DNA of 63,977 nucleotides, the filler included. It is 8 parts of 8 records of this genome, joined end to end, with 100 filler letters (N's around TTAATTAATTAA, not from the genome) between each part and the next. Parts side by side here need not be neighbours in the genome. Positions count along the whole stretch, not along the records: positions 50,369 to 56,915 come from SRR31156797_3746; positions 57,016 to 63,977 come from SRR31156797_3757; 6 more parts are not named here. One strand, 5' to 3'. Shown piece after piece: positions 51,611 through 61,173 of this stretch. The notes below the pieces were generated by a model. It was given only the letters and a program-made list of their open reading frames with translations, made no database searches and was not told the DNA's origin. Both the position numbers and the translations under genes were made by a program. The first letter of the stretch is position 1. Each line of letters opens with the position of its first letter.

Positions 51611-52724
51611 TTTTAAGGATGCTTTTTAGCTCATTTATAAGAATTTCAATATCCTTTTCGTTGTTGAAAATACTTGTTGAAATGCGTATTCCTTCACCCC
51701 GGGCCGAAACAATAATGTTCTTTTCAAAAAGTTTGTTCACTACATTTTTTGCATTCGGAATTTTGGCAATTAATATTCCCGAGCGGTGAACATCTTTTTC
51801 CTGACAGATAACTTCAATTCGTAGTTCAGCTAATTTCTCTTTTAACAACTGGTTTAAAAAAAGCACCCGGTCAACTATATTTTGTTTTCCAATTTTATTA
51901 AACATTTGAAGCGCTCCACCCAGTGCAAAAATATTGGGAAAGTGGGGGCAGCCCGATTCAATAACAGATGCTTCGTTTTTTAGATCCAAATCGAGGTTAT
52001 CCATTTTTTCCGGTTCACGTACACTTCGCCATCCGGCAAATGGGAATTTTTCTGTATTTAGCCATTTTTTATTTACATATAATCCGCCAATTCCATACCC
52101 TGCAGTTGCCCATTTTAGTCCGGTAAACATCAGAAAATCGATGTTGCATTTTTTTACATCTACCGGAAAAATTCCAAGTGCTTGTGTTGCGTTAACAACA
52201 AAAATCAGGTTGTTCTCTTTACAGAATTTTCCAAGTTTTTCTAAATCCTGCCTGAAACCGGTTTTATATTGAACATAGCTGGTGATTAGAATTTTGATAT
52301 CCGGAGTTAGTGTTTTTTTTATCTCAGAAATAGGAAATGAATTATCGACTGGTTCAACAAATTTTATTTCAGAATTTTGATTTAACCATGGGAAAGTGGA
52401 TGATGGAAATTCGTCGCGCATGGTAAGAACAGATCCCTTATTTTTCAGAAACTGAGCGACCAGATTCATTCCATGTGAAGTGTTGGTAGTAAATCCAATT
52501 TCTTCTCTGTCGGCACCTATAAATTCGGCCAGGCTAATTCTGATTTTTTCAGTTCTCTCCAGCCAGGTGTCCCAGTATGTATCACCAAACTCAAGCATTT
52601 CATCGTAAAATCGTTTGCCTTCGTCGGCAGCACTTTTAGAAACGGGTGAACCACCTGCAGGATTCAGATATACATATTTTCTACAAACCGGAAACTCTTC
52701 TCTTACTTTATTCCAATCAACCAT
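51600..52724 (-). CDS. aminotransferase class V PLP enzyme
   Basis: VREEFP...YLNPA, TTNTSHG, NATQALG, GLKW. Confidence 0.88.
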   Translation of the reverse strand: MVDWNKVREEFPVCRKYVYLNPAGGSPVSKSAADEGKRFYDEMLEFGDTYWDTWLERTEKIRISLAEFIGADREEIGFTTNTSHGMNLVAQFLKNKGSVLTMRDEFPSSTFPWLNQNSEIKFVEPVDNSFPISEIKKTLTPDIKILITSYVQYKTGFRQDLEKLGKFCKENNLIFVVNATQALGIFPVDVKKCNIDFLMFTGLKWATAGYGIGGLYVNKKWLNTEKFPFAGWRSVREPEKMDNLDLDLKNEASVIESGCPHFPNIFALGGALQMFNKIGKQNIVDRVLFLNQLLKEKLAELRIEVICQEKDVHRSGILIAKIPNAKNVVNKLFEKNIIVSARGEGIRISTSIFNNEKDIEILINELKSILKINT

Positions 52725-52795
52725 AATTATATGTTTATAGTTTAAAGATGAACGATTAATATGAAAATTAAAAATTCGGCTATTTTATTTTATAA

Positions 52796-52822
52796 AAAAG
52801 GGAACCAAAACGGTTCCCTTTT
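52796..52822. terminator. intrinsic terminator downstream of the tryptophanase gene
   Basis: aaaagggaacc-aaaac-ggttccctttt. Confidence 0.75.
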
Positions 52823-52878
52823 AATATTTCTGTAAAGCACAAAGTCTAAATACTTACTACTTTGTACTTCTTTTTTTT

Positions 52879-54339
52879 CTACAATGAATCGCCAAAGTCT
52901 GCCTTAAATTTAGCTACTAATTTTTCGGGCCAATCGCCTTTTGCTTTTAACGTACCCATAAAGAAACGTAAAAGTGGTGGTTCCTGAATCCATTCCAGTC
53001 CGCCTATTAATTCGCGGTTCTCATACAGCCATTTTACGCGGTCGACTACAAACATCGTTTGCGAAAGTGTAAATACACGACGAGGGAAAGCCAAACGTAA
53101 TAATTCGACATCTGCCAGTAAATCATCACCGTTTTCATCGCGAACACTAGAAATTGTTCCGCGTTCCATTCCACGACAACCAGAAACAATATATAAAGCT
53201 GCTGCTAAAGCGCCTGCCGGATAATCTTGTTGAGGCACATGAGGAAGGAATCCCATGGCATCGATATGACAACCAAGTGCGCCGGCAGGAGTAATTACCG
53301 GAATGCCTGATTTGTCTAAACTGTCGACTGCATATTTAATAAACGAAGGTGACTGACTGATAACTGTATCGTCGCAGGTTTCCATTAAACCAACAGCCAT
53401 GGCTTCAATTTCGCGAACCGACATTCCTCCGTATGTAAGGAATCCTTCAAAAAGTACGAGTAAATCACGCATTTTCAGGTACAGGTCTTCGCTGTTGGTT
53501 AAAATACCACCACCACGTGTAGAACTTACTTTACGGCTTGAGAAATAAACCAATTCAGAATATCCACACATTTCATTCAGGATATCTTTGATGTTGGCGT
53601 TTTTAAATTCTGCTTCACGCTCTTTAATCATATAAGCATTTTCGCCAATTAAACTGGCATCAAGAACTAACATTGCACCGTATTGGTCGCAAATAGCTCT
53701 TACATCGCGCATGTTTTGCATCGAAAATGGTTGCCCGCCAATTAGGTTTGTCGAAGCTTCCATACGAACAAAAGCAACTCCTTCGCTGCCATATTCTTCA
53801 AAAACAGCTTTTAATTTATCAATGTCAATGTTTCCTTTAAAAGGAACATCACTTTTAATTTTTAAGGCATCATCGGTGAAAATTTCAAGAACTTTACCAC
53901 CGTTAATTTCCATGTGTTCTTTGGTAGTCGTAAAGTGATAATTCATAGGAATTACCTGTCCTTTTTTAATAAATACCTGAGAAACAATGTTTTCGGCAGC
54001 ACGTCCCTGGTGAACGGGCAATACGTAATGTTTGCCAAATACTTCGCGGGCAGCTTTTTCCATTCTGTAAAAACTTTGCGAACCGGCATACGCATCATCG
54101 GCTTGTAACATTGAGGCAATTTGGTTATCGCTCATTGCATTTGTTCCCGAATCGGTAAGCATATCGAGGAAGATATTAGAAGTATCTAAAAGGAATGTAT
54201 TAAAACCCGCAGTTTCCATTGCGGCCTTTCTTTCTTCGATAGGTTTTAGAAATAATTTTTGTACAATTCGTACTTTGTGTAGTTCCACAGGAATCTGTTC
54301 TCCACTAAAGAATTTAATGGTGCTGCTCTGATTTGTCAT
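52879..54339 (-). CDS. tnaA: tryptophanase / tyrosine phenol-lyase family beta-eliminating lyase
   Basis: GFNTFLL, DMLTDSGTNAMS, DDAYAGS, HQGRAAE, EGFLTYGG, ELLRLAFPRRV, LRFF. Confidence 0.82.
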   Translation of the reverse strand: MTNQSSTIKFFSGEQIPVELHKVRIVQKLFLKPIEERKAAMETAGFNTFLLDTSNIFLDMLTDSGTNAMSDNQIASMLQADDAYAGSQSFYRMEKAAREVFGKHYVLPVHQGRAAENIVSQVFIKKGQVIPMNYHFTTTKEHMEINGGKVLEIFTDDALKIKSDVPFKGNIDIDKLKAVFEEYGSEGVAFVRMEASTNLIGGQPFSMQNMRDVRAICDQYGAMLVLDASLIGENAYMIKEREAEFKNANIKDILNEMCGYSELVYFSSRKVSSTRGGGILTNSEDLYLKMRDLLVLFEGFLTYGGMSVREIEAMAVGLMETCDDTVISQSPSFIKYAVDSLDKSGIPVITPAGALGCHIDAMGFLPHVPQQDYPAGALAAALYIVSGCRGMERGTISSVRDENGDDLLADVELLRLAFPRRVFTLSQTMFVVDRVKWLYENRELIGGLEWIQEPPLLRFFMGTLKAKGDWPEKLVAKFKADFGDSL

Positions 54340-54585
54340 TTTTTATTGGTTTATAATTACAATTTAAAATTTTTATAAAAATAAAATCTTCAAATTGAAA
54401 TCTTTGTTTTTGGAACAAGATGTTTGTTAATTTTACAATATTTAGATTTGATCAAAATAAAATGCAATTGAGGAATTACAATCTAATTTGTATTTAAGGG
54501 AATTTTTATTGAAATTTTTGTTTAAAACAGGGATGAATAGAATTTCAAATAAATGATAATTTTGAATTCTTTAAGAAGCAGGTAA

Positions 54586-55047
54586 TTAATTAAAAACCAA
54601 TTCCAGAATTTTTTTAAGCCAAATGGCATCGGTTTCATTAAACGAAGCCTTTTCTTTACTGTCGATATCGAGAACACCAATAATTTCACCGTTCCTGTTT
54701 TTGAATGGAACCACTATTTCAGAATTTGAACGTGAGTCGCATGCAATATGTCCCGCAAATTCATGCACATTTTCTACAATTACCGTTTCTTTTTTATTGT
54801 ATGCTGCCCAGCAAACCCCTTTGTTTTTTTCCAGAATCTGGCAAGCCACCGGGCCCTGGTACATATTTACGGTCATGTGTCCATTTTCAATCAAATAAAA
54901 ACCAGTCCAGAAAAAGAGTTCCATTTTATGATGAAGAACCGCAATTATGGTTGCCATTCTGGCCGATTGACTATTACTTTTTAACACCAATTCGCTCAAT
55001 TGATGATATATTCTTGAATATCGTCCCTCTTTTTTTCTGTCTTCCAT
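54586..55047 (-). CDS. GAF domain protein (free methionine-R-sulfoxide reductase-like)
   Basis: WTGFY, YQGPVAC, GVCW, GHIACD..SNSEIVVP, VLDIDS. Confidence 0.88.
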   Translation of the reverse strand: MEDRKKEGRYSRIYHQLSELVLKSNSQSARMATIIAVLHHKMELFFWTGFYLIENGHMTVNMYQGPVACQILEKNKGVCWAAYNKKETVIVENVHEFAGHIACDSRSNSEIVVPFKNRNGEIIGVLDIDSKEKASFNETDAIWLKKILELVFN

Positions 55048-55120
55048 TATTATCTGAGTTCGTTTTACACTGCGAAAAAACAAAATAATGATTAATTTAG
55101 TTGAATAAAACCTGAAAATT

Positions 55121-55477
55121 ATGGAACGAATTGTTACTGATCCTAATGAAAAACAATGGGGAATGTTAGTACATCTGGCGTCGCTTGCGGCTTTTGTTGG
55201 AATACCCTTAGGAAATATTGTTGGCCCGTTAATTATTTATCTTATCAAAAAGGACGAATTTGAATTTGTTGCCGATCAGGGAAAAGAAGTTTTGAATTTT
55301 CAGATTACCTGGTCGCTCATTTTTATTGTTTCGGCAATTCTTATTCTCGTGGGAATAGGTGTTTTAATGCTCATTGGTTTTGGAATTGCCTGGTTGGTTT
55401 TAACTATTGTTGGAACGGTTGCCGCCAATAACGGCCAATATTACCGCTACCCGTTTACTATTAAGTTTCTGAACTGA
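55121..55477 (+). CDS. DUF4870 membrane protein
   Basis: WGMLVHL, GPLIIYL, GKEVLNFQIT, YRYPFTI. Confidence 0.85.
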   Translation: MERIVTDPNEKQWGMLVHLASLAAFVGIPLGNIVGPLIIYLIKKDEFEFVADQGKEVLNFQITWSLIFIVSAILILVGIGVLMLIGFGIAWLVLTIVGTVAANNGQYYRYPFTIKFLN

Positions 55478-55547
55478 AAAAGTAAATCAATACTAATATT
55501 TCGGTTTTCGAAATCATTTTACTTATTTTTGCCCCCTAAAATTTTAT

Positions 55548-56915
55548 ATGATGGCTCAGAAACCTTCCATACCTAAAGGTACCCGCGATTTTTCACCTCA
55601 GGAAATGGTGAAACGAAATTATATTTTCGATACCATTAAAAATGTTTTTCGTTTGTACGGTTTTCAACCAATTGAAACACCGGCTATGGAAAACCTTTCA
55701 ACATTAATGGGGAAATACGGGGAGGAAGGAGATAAACTGCTTTTTAAAATCTTGAATTCAGGCGATTTTGCTTCAAAGGTTTCTGAAGAAATTTATAATC
55801 AAAAAGATTCAAATAAATTAACCACAAAAATTTCGGAAAAAGGATTGCGTTACGATTTAACAGTGCCGTTTGCGCGGTTTGTTGTGCAGCATCAAAATGA
55901 AATTACTTTTCCGTTTAAACGGTATCAGGTTCAGCCTGTTTGGCGTGCCGATCGCCCACAAAAAGGCCGGTACCGCGAATTTTATCAGTGCGATGTGGAT
56001 GTAATTGGAAGCAACGGTTTGCTTAATGAAATGGAACTGGTACAAATTATTGATGATGTTTTTTTGCGGTTAAAAATTAATACAGTTGTAAAAATTAATA
56101 ACCGGAAAATTCTGGCCGGAATAGCTGAAATAATTGGTGAAAATGAACGCATTGTTGATATTACTGTTGCCATCGACAAACTCGAAAAAATCGGCCTCGA
56201 AAAAGTAAATATTGAACTTTCGGCGAAAGGTGTTTCTGATGAAGCAATATTAAGACTTCAGCCAATTTTGGCACTGGAAGGTAATTCAGCAGAAAAAATT
56301 AATCAGCTTGAAAATATACTTAAAAGTTCTGAAACAGGAATGAAAGGAGTGGAAGAGATTAAAACGCTTTTTGGATATTTTGAAAATTTGAAATTAAACA
56401 CTGAAGTGGAGCTGGATTTGACTTTGGCGCGTGGATTGAATTATTACACCGGGGCTATTTTCGAAGTGAAAGCAAAAGATGTTGCAATTGGAAGTATTTG
56501 TGGTGGTGGGCGCTACGACGATTTGACCGGCATTTTTGGATTGCCAAATGTTTCGGGAGTTGGTGTTTCTTTTGGCGCCGAACGTATTTTCGATGTACTT
56601 ACTCAACTCGACCTATTTCCAATTGAATCGGGAGAAACTACAAAAGCTATGTTTGTTAATTTTGGTGAAAAGGAAGAAGCATATTGTTTGCCCGTTTTAG
56701 CCGAACTGCGGAAAAATGGTATAAATTCAGAGATTTTCCCAGAGAGTGCCAAAATGAAAAAACAGATGAATTATGCCAATAAAAAAGAAGTTCCTTTTGT
56801 AATTCTGGCAGGAGATTCGGAAATGGAAGCCCAAAAATTCACGCTGAAAAATATGGAAAGCGGCGAACAAAAAAGTGTAAACGCCGAAGAACTGATAAAA
56901 ATCCTTTCTAATTCA
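55548..56915 (+). CDS. hisS: histidine--tRNA ligase (stop codon lost at the contig edge)
   Basis: [41 protein letters not shown]. Confidence 0.97.
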
Positions 56916-57015
56916 NNNNNNNNNNNNNNNNNNNNNNNNNNNNNNNNNNNNNNNNNNNNTTAATTAATTAANNNNNNNNNNNNNNNNNNNNNNNNNNNNN
57001 NNNNNNNNNNNNNNN
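56916..57015. other. artificial contig spacer
   Basis: N44-TTAATTAATTAA-N44. Confidence 0.99.
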
Positions 57016-57039
57016 CTGTTCCGTGGGTTTGGCACCCAA

Positions 57040-57082
57040 TGGGCCGTGAGGGGCTCGAACCCGCGACCCGCTGATTAAGAGT
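57040..57082 (-). other. att site: displaced 3' half of tRNA-Lys(CTT)
   Basis: Minus strand ACTCTTAATCAGCGGGTCGCGGGTTCGAGCCCCTCACGGCCCA gives anticodon loop CTCTTAA, T-arm (one C-U mismatch) and acceptor strand; the 5' half is replaced by AT-rich DNA. Confidence 0.8.
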
Positions 57083-57340
57083 TAAATAATTGATAGTTTT
57101 ATTTAGTTTGAAAATGCTTTGGATGTGTTGAATTTTATTAAGTATACCAAGGCTTTTAGGATTGTTTTAATACTAGTTAATAAACATAAATATAAAACAG
57201 TAAAAGAAGAAATACAGAAATAAACAAGAAAATTGTTGGCATGATGGAAAACGAGTCTAACAAAAAAGTTTTTTTAAAAAAACATCTTTATATTTAGCTA
57301 TTAACCAGTATGTAGAAATAAAGATAGGTGATAAGAGAAA

Positions 57341-58423
57341 TTGGAAAGAAAACTCAATATATCAGTTTATCAGCAGGGAAATTTTTATAGAGTTCCCAAA
57401 CTATTGATTCAAGGAAAAAAGTATGAAAAATTAACTTCCGATGCAAAATTACTTTACGCAGTCTATCAGGACAGAGCAGAGATTTCAATCCAAAATAAAT
57501 GGACAGATTTAAATGGTGATATTTATTTTCTTTTTTCCATAGATGAAGTGTGTTTTTTTATGGGATGGGGAAGAGATAAGACTATAAAAATAAAAAAAGA
57601 GCTAATAGCATTTGATCTTCTATCTGAAAAAAGGCAAGGGAGAAATCTAGTAAATAAAACTTATTTGCATCTAATTGATTTAAACACAGATATACGAAAA
57701 TTTATTTCTAAATCATTAATGATAAAGGAAATCGATAGAAGAATTATTGAGAACGAGAAAGTTTGTCAAAGTGAATGTTTTGAGGAATTTGAGAACAACT
57801 GCATTCTGAGCTTAGCACAAAACTTTCATTGTGATATTGGTAATATCAAATATTTTCTGAAAAAGTATCGAATTTCTTTAATTCAGAAGTACAATGATGG
57901 TAAAAGTCTTCTGGTAACTAAAGAAGTCGGAAAAGCAGACTTCCAAGAAATCTTTCATGAAACTGGGGAGACGGAAAAACCGATTTCTAGAAATAGGGTT
58001 AACAGACTTCTTGATGTCGGGAAAAACGATCCTAATGATACTAATATAAATAAGAAAAATAATATGAGAAAAGACGAAGAGAATTTAAAAAGAGAAATTG
58101 AAAGACTAACGGGTGATAATCCTCTTATTCAGAAGTATGCTCATAGATTGCTATTCGAAAAAAATTATAGTATAGAGCTAGAGTATCTAGTTGTTAACTC
58201 TTTAGACAATTGCTGGCAATTATTACTTTTCGAACGTGATCATGGCAATGAAAAGATAAGTGCTAATATCAATTTATATGGTGAAACGTCTTTAGAAAAC
58301 TTGTTTAGAGAAGTTTTTGAAAAGCAATTAGACTTTACTCAGCATAACTGTAGAAATTCTGAATATTTTTTGAGATATTTTGTTGAAGGAATGAAGAGTC
58401 GAATTGATAACCTACTTTTTTAG
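57341..58423 (+). CDS. repA: RepA_N family replication initiator
   Basis: FYRVPKLL...YEKLTSDAKLLYAVYQDR..SIQNKWTD..GDIYF...KKELIAFDLL..KRQG...NKTYL. Confidence 0.88.
   Translation: MERKLNISVYQQGNFYRVPKLLIQGKKYEKLTSDAKLLYAVYQDRAEISIQNKWTDLNGDIYFLFSIDEVCFFMGWGRDKTIKIKKELIAFDLLSEKRQGRNLVNKTYLHLIDLNTDIRKFISKSLMIKEIDRRIIENEKVCQSECFEEFENNCILSLAQNFHCDIGNIKYFLKKYRISLIQKYNDGKSLLVTKEVGKADFQEIFHETGETEKPISRNRVNRLLDVGKNDPNDTNINKKNNMRKDEENLKREIERLTGDNPLIQKYAHRLLFEKNYSIELEYLVVNSLDNCWQLLLFERDHGNEKISANINLYGETSLENLFREVFEKQLDFTQHNCRNSEYFLRYFVEGMKSRIDNLLF
57923..58033. repeat. intragenic iterons (putative origin) in repA
   Basis: Four 21-bp units related to GAAGTC-N9-GACTTC at 57923, 57967, 57990 and 58013; the last three have a 23-bp period. 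Confidence 0.65.
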
Positions 58424-58456
58424 TTTAAAAGTATATAAGATCTTTCAAGGAAAAGA

Positions 58457-58621
58457 GTGGATTTGTATGAAGGAAATAAAACATTCAATTGGGAGCTAGT
58501 TGGTGAAGGGAATACGTATGATGAAATGATTGTTGACTTTATTGATTGCGAGAAAGAACGTATGGAAAGCCACCGCTTGTCACTTTTATGTCAAAGGAGT
58601 GTGGAAGCAACTCCTGAATAA
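58457..58621 (+). CDS. small hypothetical protein (54 aa; absent from the ORF track)
   Basis: GTG start after AAGGA; MDLYEGNKTFNWELVGEGNTYDEMIVDFIDCEKERMESHRLSLLCQRSVEATPE*. Confidence 0.35.
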   Translation: MDLYEGNKTFNWELVGEGNTYDEMIVDFIDCEKERMESHRLSLLCQRSVEATPE

Positions 58622-58678
58622 GAATTTCATCGTGTTAACCTACTGGAAAAACAATGATAAGGAATATAACACATTTCT

Positions 58679-60598
58679 TTGCTTACACAGTATGAAGGCT
58701 ATTCCTTTCAAAATGCGGTCGGCTTTCTTCTTGGTGAAGAGCTTGAAGCACACAAGGGGTACGATGAATCAGAAGAAAATAAAGGTCCCTATCAACATGC
58801 GTATGAGGCAGCCGATTCTACAGAAAAAGTAAGGCACTATTTGGAAAATATACGCGGGATCGATCGGGAAATTATTACGTACTTAATCGACAATGATTAC
58901 TTGATTCAAGATAAAAAATACGGAAGTGCGGTTTTAAATTGGAAACAGTATGGACTGGCACAAGAGAAGATCGTTGGTGCAACGAGTATCGTCACCCGAG
59001 CCAAGATCACGGATTCGCCCCGTAAGTATATTGGAGAAAATTCCGAGAAACATTATGGGTTTAATATTACTCTTGGCGAACCAAAAGCGATCTACTTCTT
59101 TGAAGCAGGGATCGATTTACTCAGCTATTGGTCGCTGCATAAGGACCTGACGGATTGCCGCTTAGTTTGTTTGGAGGGTCGGAAGGAAAAAACAGTCGTT
59201 AAAATGATCCAAGAAGGCTACCAAATCTTTGAGACCCTTCCCAAAAATGGCATTTTCTATGGGGTAGACAATGATCCAGCGGGTCAGTCTTTCTACAGTA
59301 AATGCGACAAAAAAATCAATATCAAGCAAGAGGTCGGCACTGATACGCTGATTATTAATCAAGCCTTGAATCCTTATGACCATCAAGTCCAACAAGAGAT
59401 AATTGACCAGGTCAACCAGGCAGCTACCATCCACGGTGTAGATCCGAACCTACTCCTAACGATCCAAAAGATTGAGAATAATCTAACAGACACGAACAAA
59501 ATTTCAAATGACTGGAAAGCCTACGGTTACTTTGCTAAAACCCCTAAGAGTCATGCCAAAGAAGAAACGATCGACCTGACTGATGCCTTAGATACCCTTT
59601 GTAAGGACATTAATGAAAAGCATGTAACACTTGAATCGATTGCCGATTTATACCTGGAGAATAAACCGTCAGGATTAGAGCAGCAGCTGCTTCAGAGTCG
59701 AGCGAACGAACTGTATTCGATGTACACGAATGATCAAATGGAAGTTGTCCATGAAGTCAGCAAGGATTGGAACGATTTTTTAAAAGAGCAACGCTCAGAA
59801 GGATTGATCACGGAACATACGCCTCTGGTCATTCAAGAGCCAGTCGATCAGGTGAATCGAAGAAGTATCAACCAATTCAAGTATTACTTAACCGATAAGA
59901 AAGACAATGTTGAAATGAAGGCATTGTTGGTGGATCAGTACAGTATAAACCCTAAAATCGTCGATGCGCTTTATAAAAAAGGGTTGATGCGTCAGGATAT
60001 CCATGACCGGATCGTCTTTTTGTGGAACGATCAAGGGCGCGTCACAGGCGGTCAATTGCGGGGAACCTTCCAAAGCAAAGAGTTTGGCAAGCTTGGCTAT
60101 GAACAAAAAATAATGGACTTTTCAGCGGAAGGCTATGGGTTCAACGTAAGTTTGGGAACACCTCAAAGTATCCATTTCTTTCAGTCGCCTGAAGACTTGT
60201 TGGCTTACTGGACGTTGAATATCGATCAAGTAAAAGACACGATCGTCTTTGCTTTATCAGATGGCCAAGCCGAACATGTCGTTGATAATATCAATAATAA
60301 ACTTCAGGCAGGGCATAAAATCCAACAAGTAACGTTTTGTGTCGGGAACAATAAACAAGCACTTGAGCTGTTGGATAAAGTCGCTCAACTAAAAACATTC
60401 AACCAGCAGACGTTGTCGCTTCAGACCGAACTTGGATCCGATATTGCCTTTCAGTCCGAACGGCCAAAGATCGGGATTAATTGGATCAATGAATTGATCG
60501 CAAAAAAGGACCGGGACCGGGAAGTCAATGCGGTTAAGCAAAAGCAACAACGAACCGCTGCTCCCCAAAAAGTAGAACAACACTATGCACGATCCTAA
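58679..60598 (+). CDS. DUF3991/toprim primase-like protein with two tandem modules
   Basis: YLENIRGID, FFEAGIDLLSY, GVDNDPAG, KDWNDFL; second module FFQSPEDLLAY and CVGNN. Confidence 0.8.
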   Translation: MLTQYEGYSFQNAVGFLLGEELEAHKGYDESEENKGPYQHAYEAADSTEKVRHYLENIRGIDREIITYLIDNDYLIQDKKYGSAVLNWKQYGLAQEKIVGATSIVTRAKITDSPRKYIGENSEKHYGFNITLGEPKAIYFFEAGIDLLSYWSLHKDLTDCRLVCLEGRKEKTVVKMIQEGYQIFETLPKNGIFYGVDNDPAGQSFYSKCDKKINIKQEVGTDTLIINQALNPYDHQVQQEIIDQVNQAATIHGVDPNLLLTIQKIENNLTDTNKISNDWKAYGYFAKTPKSHAKEETIDLTDALDTLCKDINEKHVTLESIADLYLENKPSGLEQQLLQSRANELYSMYTNDQMEVVHEVSKDWNDFLKEQRSEGLITEHTPLVIQEPVDQVNRRSINQFKYYLTDKKDNVEMKALLVDQYSINPKIVDALYKKGLMRQDIHDRIVFLWNDQGRVTGGQLRGTFQSKEFGKLGYEQKIMDFSAEGYGFNVSLGTPQSIHFFQSPEDLLAYWTLNIDQVKDTIVFALSDGQAEHVVDNINNKLQAGHKIQQVTFCVGNNKQALELLDKVAQLKTFNQQTLSLQTELGSDIAFQSERPKIGINWINELIAKKDRDREVNAVKQKQQRTAAPQKVEQHYARS

Positions 60599-60610
60599 GG
60601 AGGAAAACAA

Positions 60611-61066
60611 ATGAATCGATTTACTGGCGTTGGACGGCTCGTCCAACAACCAATCGTAAAGGAACTCAAGTCTGGCCTTTCAGTCGCAAATTTCAAAGTG
60701 GCCATCCGAAGAGGGTATAAAGATAAAACTGGCAAGGAAGTCACTGACTATCTTCCCTGTATTGCCTGGAGAAAGACAGCAGAATATATTGGGAAGTATG
60801 GATCCAAAGGCGTTCTTGTAAGTATTGAGGGCAGAAACGAGACGAGAAGCTATAAAAAAAATGATCAAACCATTTCTGTGATGGAAATCAACGTAGAAAC
60901 AATCAAGCTACTGGAGTCAAAAGAAGTCGTAGAAGCGCGAAGACAGCGTCAGGCTGAAAATGCCAACCCAACAGGTGAGTTGCCTGAAGATGGCAGCTAC
61001 AGTGCCTTTGAAAGTGAATATGAATCAATTATTGTGGATCCGAGCGAATTACCATTTCAAGATTAG
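60611..61066 (+). CDS. ssb: single-stranded DNA-binding protein
   Basis: MNRFTGVGRL, CIAWRKTAE, KGVLVSIEGR, acidic tail ELPF; SD AAGGAGG. Confidence 0.92.
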   Translation: MNRFTGVGRLVQQPIVKELKSGLSVANFKVAIRRGYKDKTGKEVTDYLPCIAWRKTAEYIGKYGSKGVLVSIEGRNETRSYKKNDQTISVMEINVETIKLLESKEVVEARRQRQAENANPTGELPEDGSYSAFESEYESIIVDPSELPFQD

Positions 61067-61073
61067 AGGATAG

Positions 61074-61103
61074 AAAGAGACGGACTAAGTAGTCTGTCTC
61101 TTT
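61074..61103 (+). terminator. intrinsic terminator after ssb
   Basis: aaagagacggact-aagt-agtctgtctcttt. Confidence 0.75.
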
Positions 61104-61134
61104 ACCCTGGTGAAGAAATTGGAACGAATAATCA

Positions 61135-61143
61135 TGCTATAAT
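61135..61143 (+). promoter_or_regulatory. extended -10 promoter for the ART gene
   Basis: TGcTATAAT, 30 nt upstream of ATG 61174. Confidence 0.6.
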
Positions 61144-61173
61144 TAGTAAAAAAGGAAGTGTTACTTAAGACAT

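Noticed and set aside
57923-58033. Repeats in repA as a mini-CRISPR
   Set aside because: The units are degenerate, nearly abutting, inside a CDS and lack unique spacers or cas genes; they fit iterons.
58530-58832. ORF as the frameshifted N-terminus of the primase
   Set aside because: No convincing primase N-terminal motifs in that frame.
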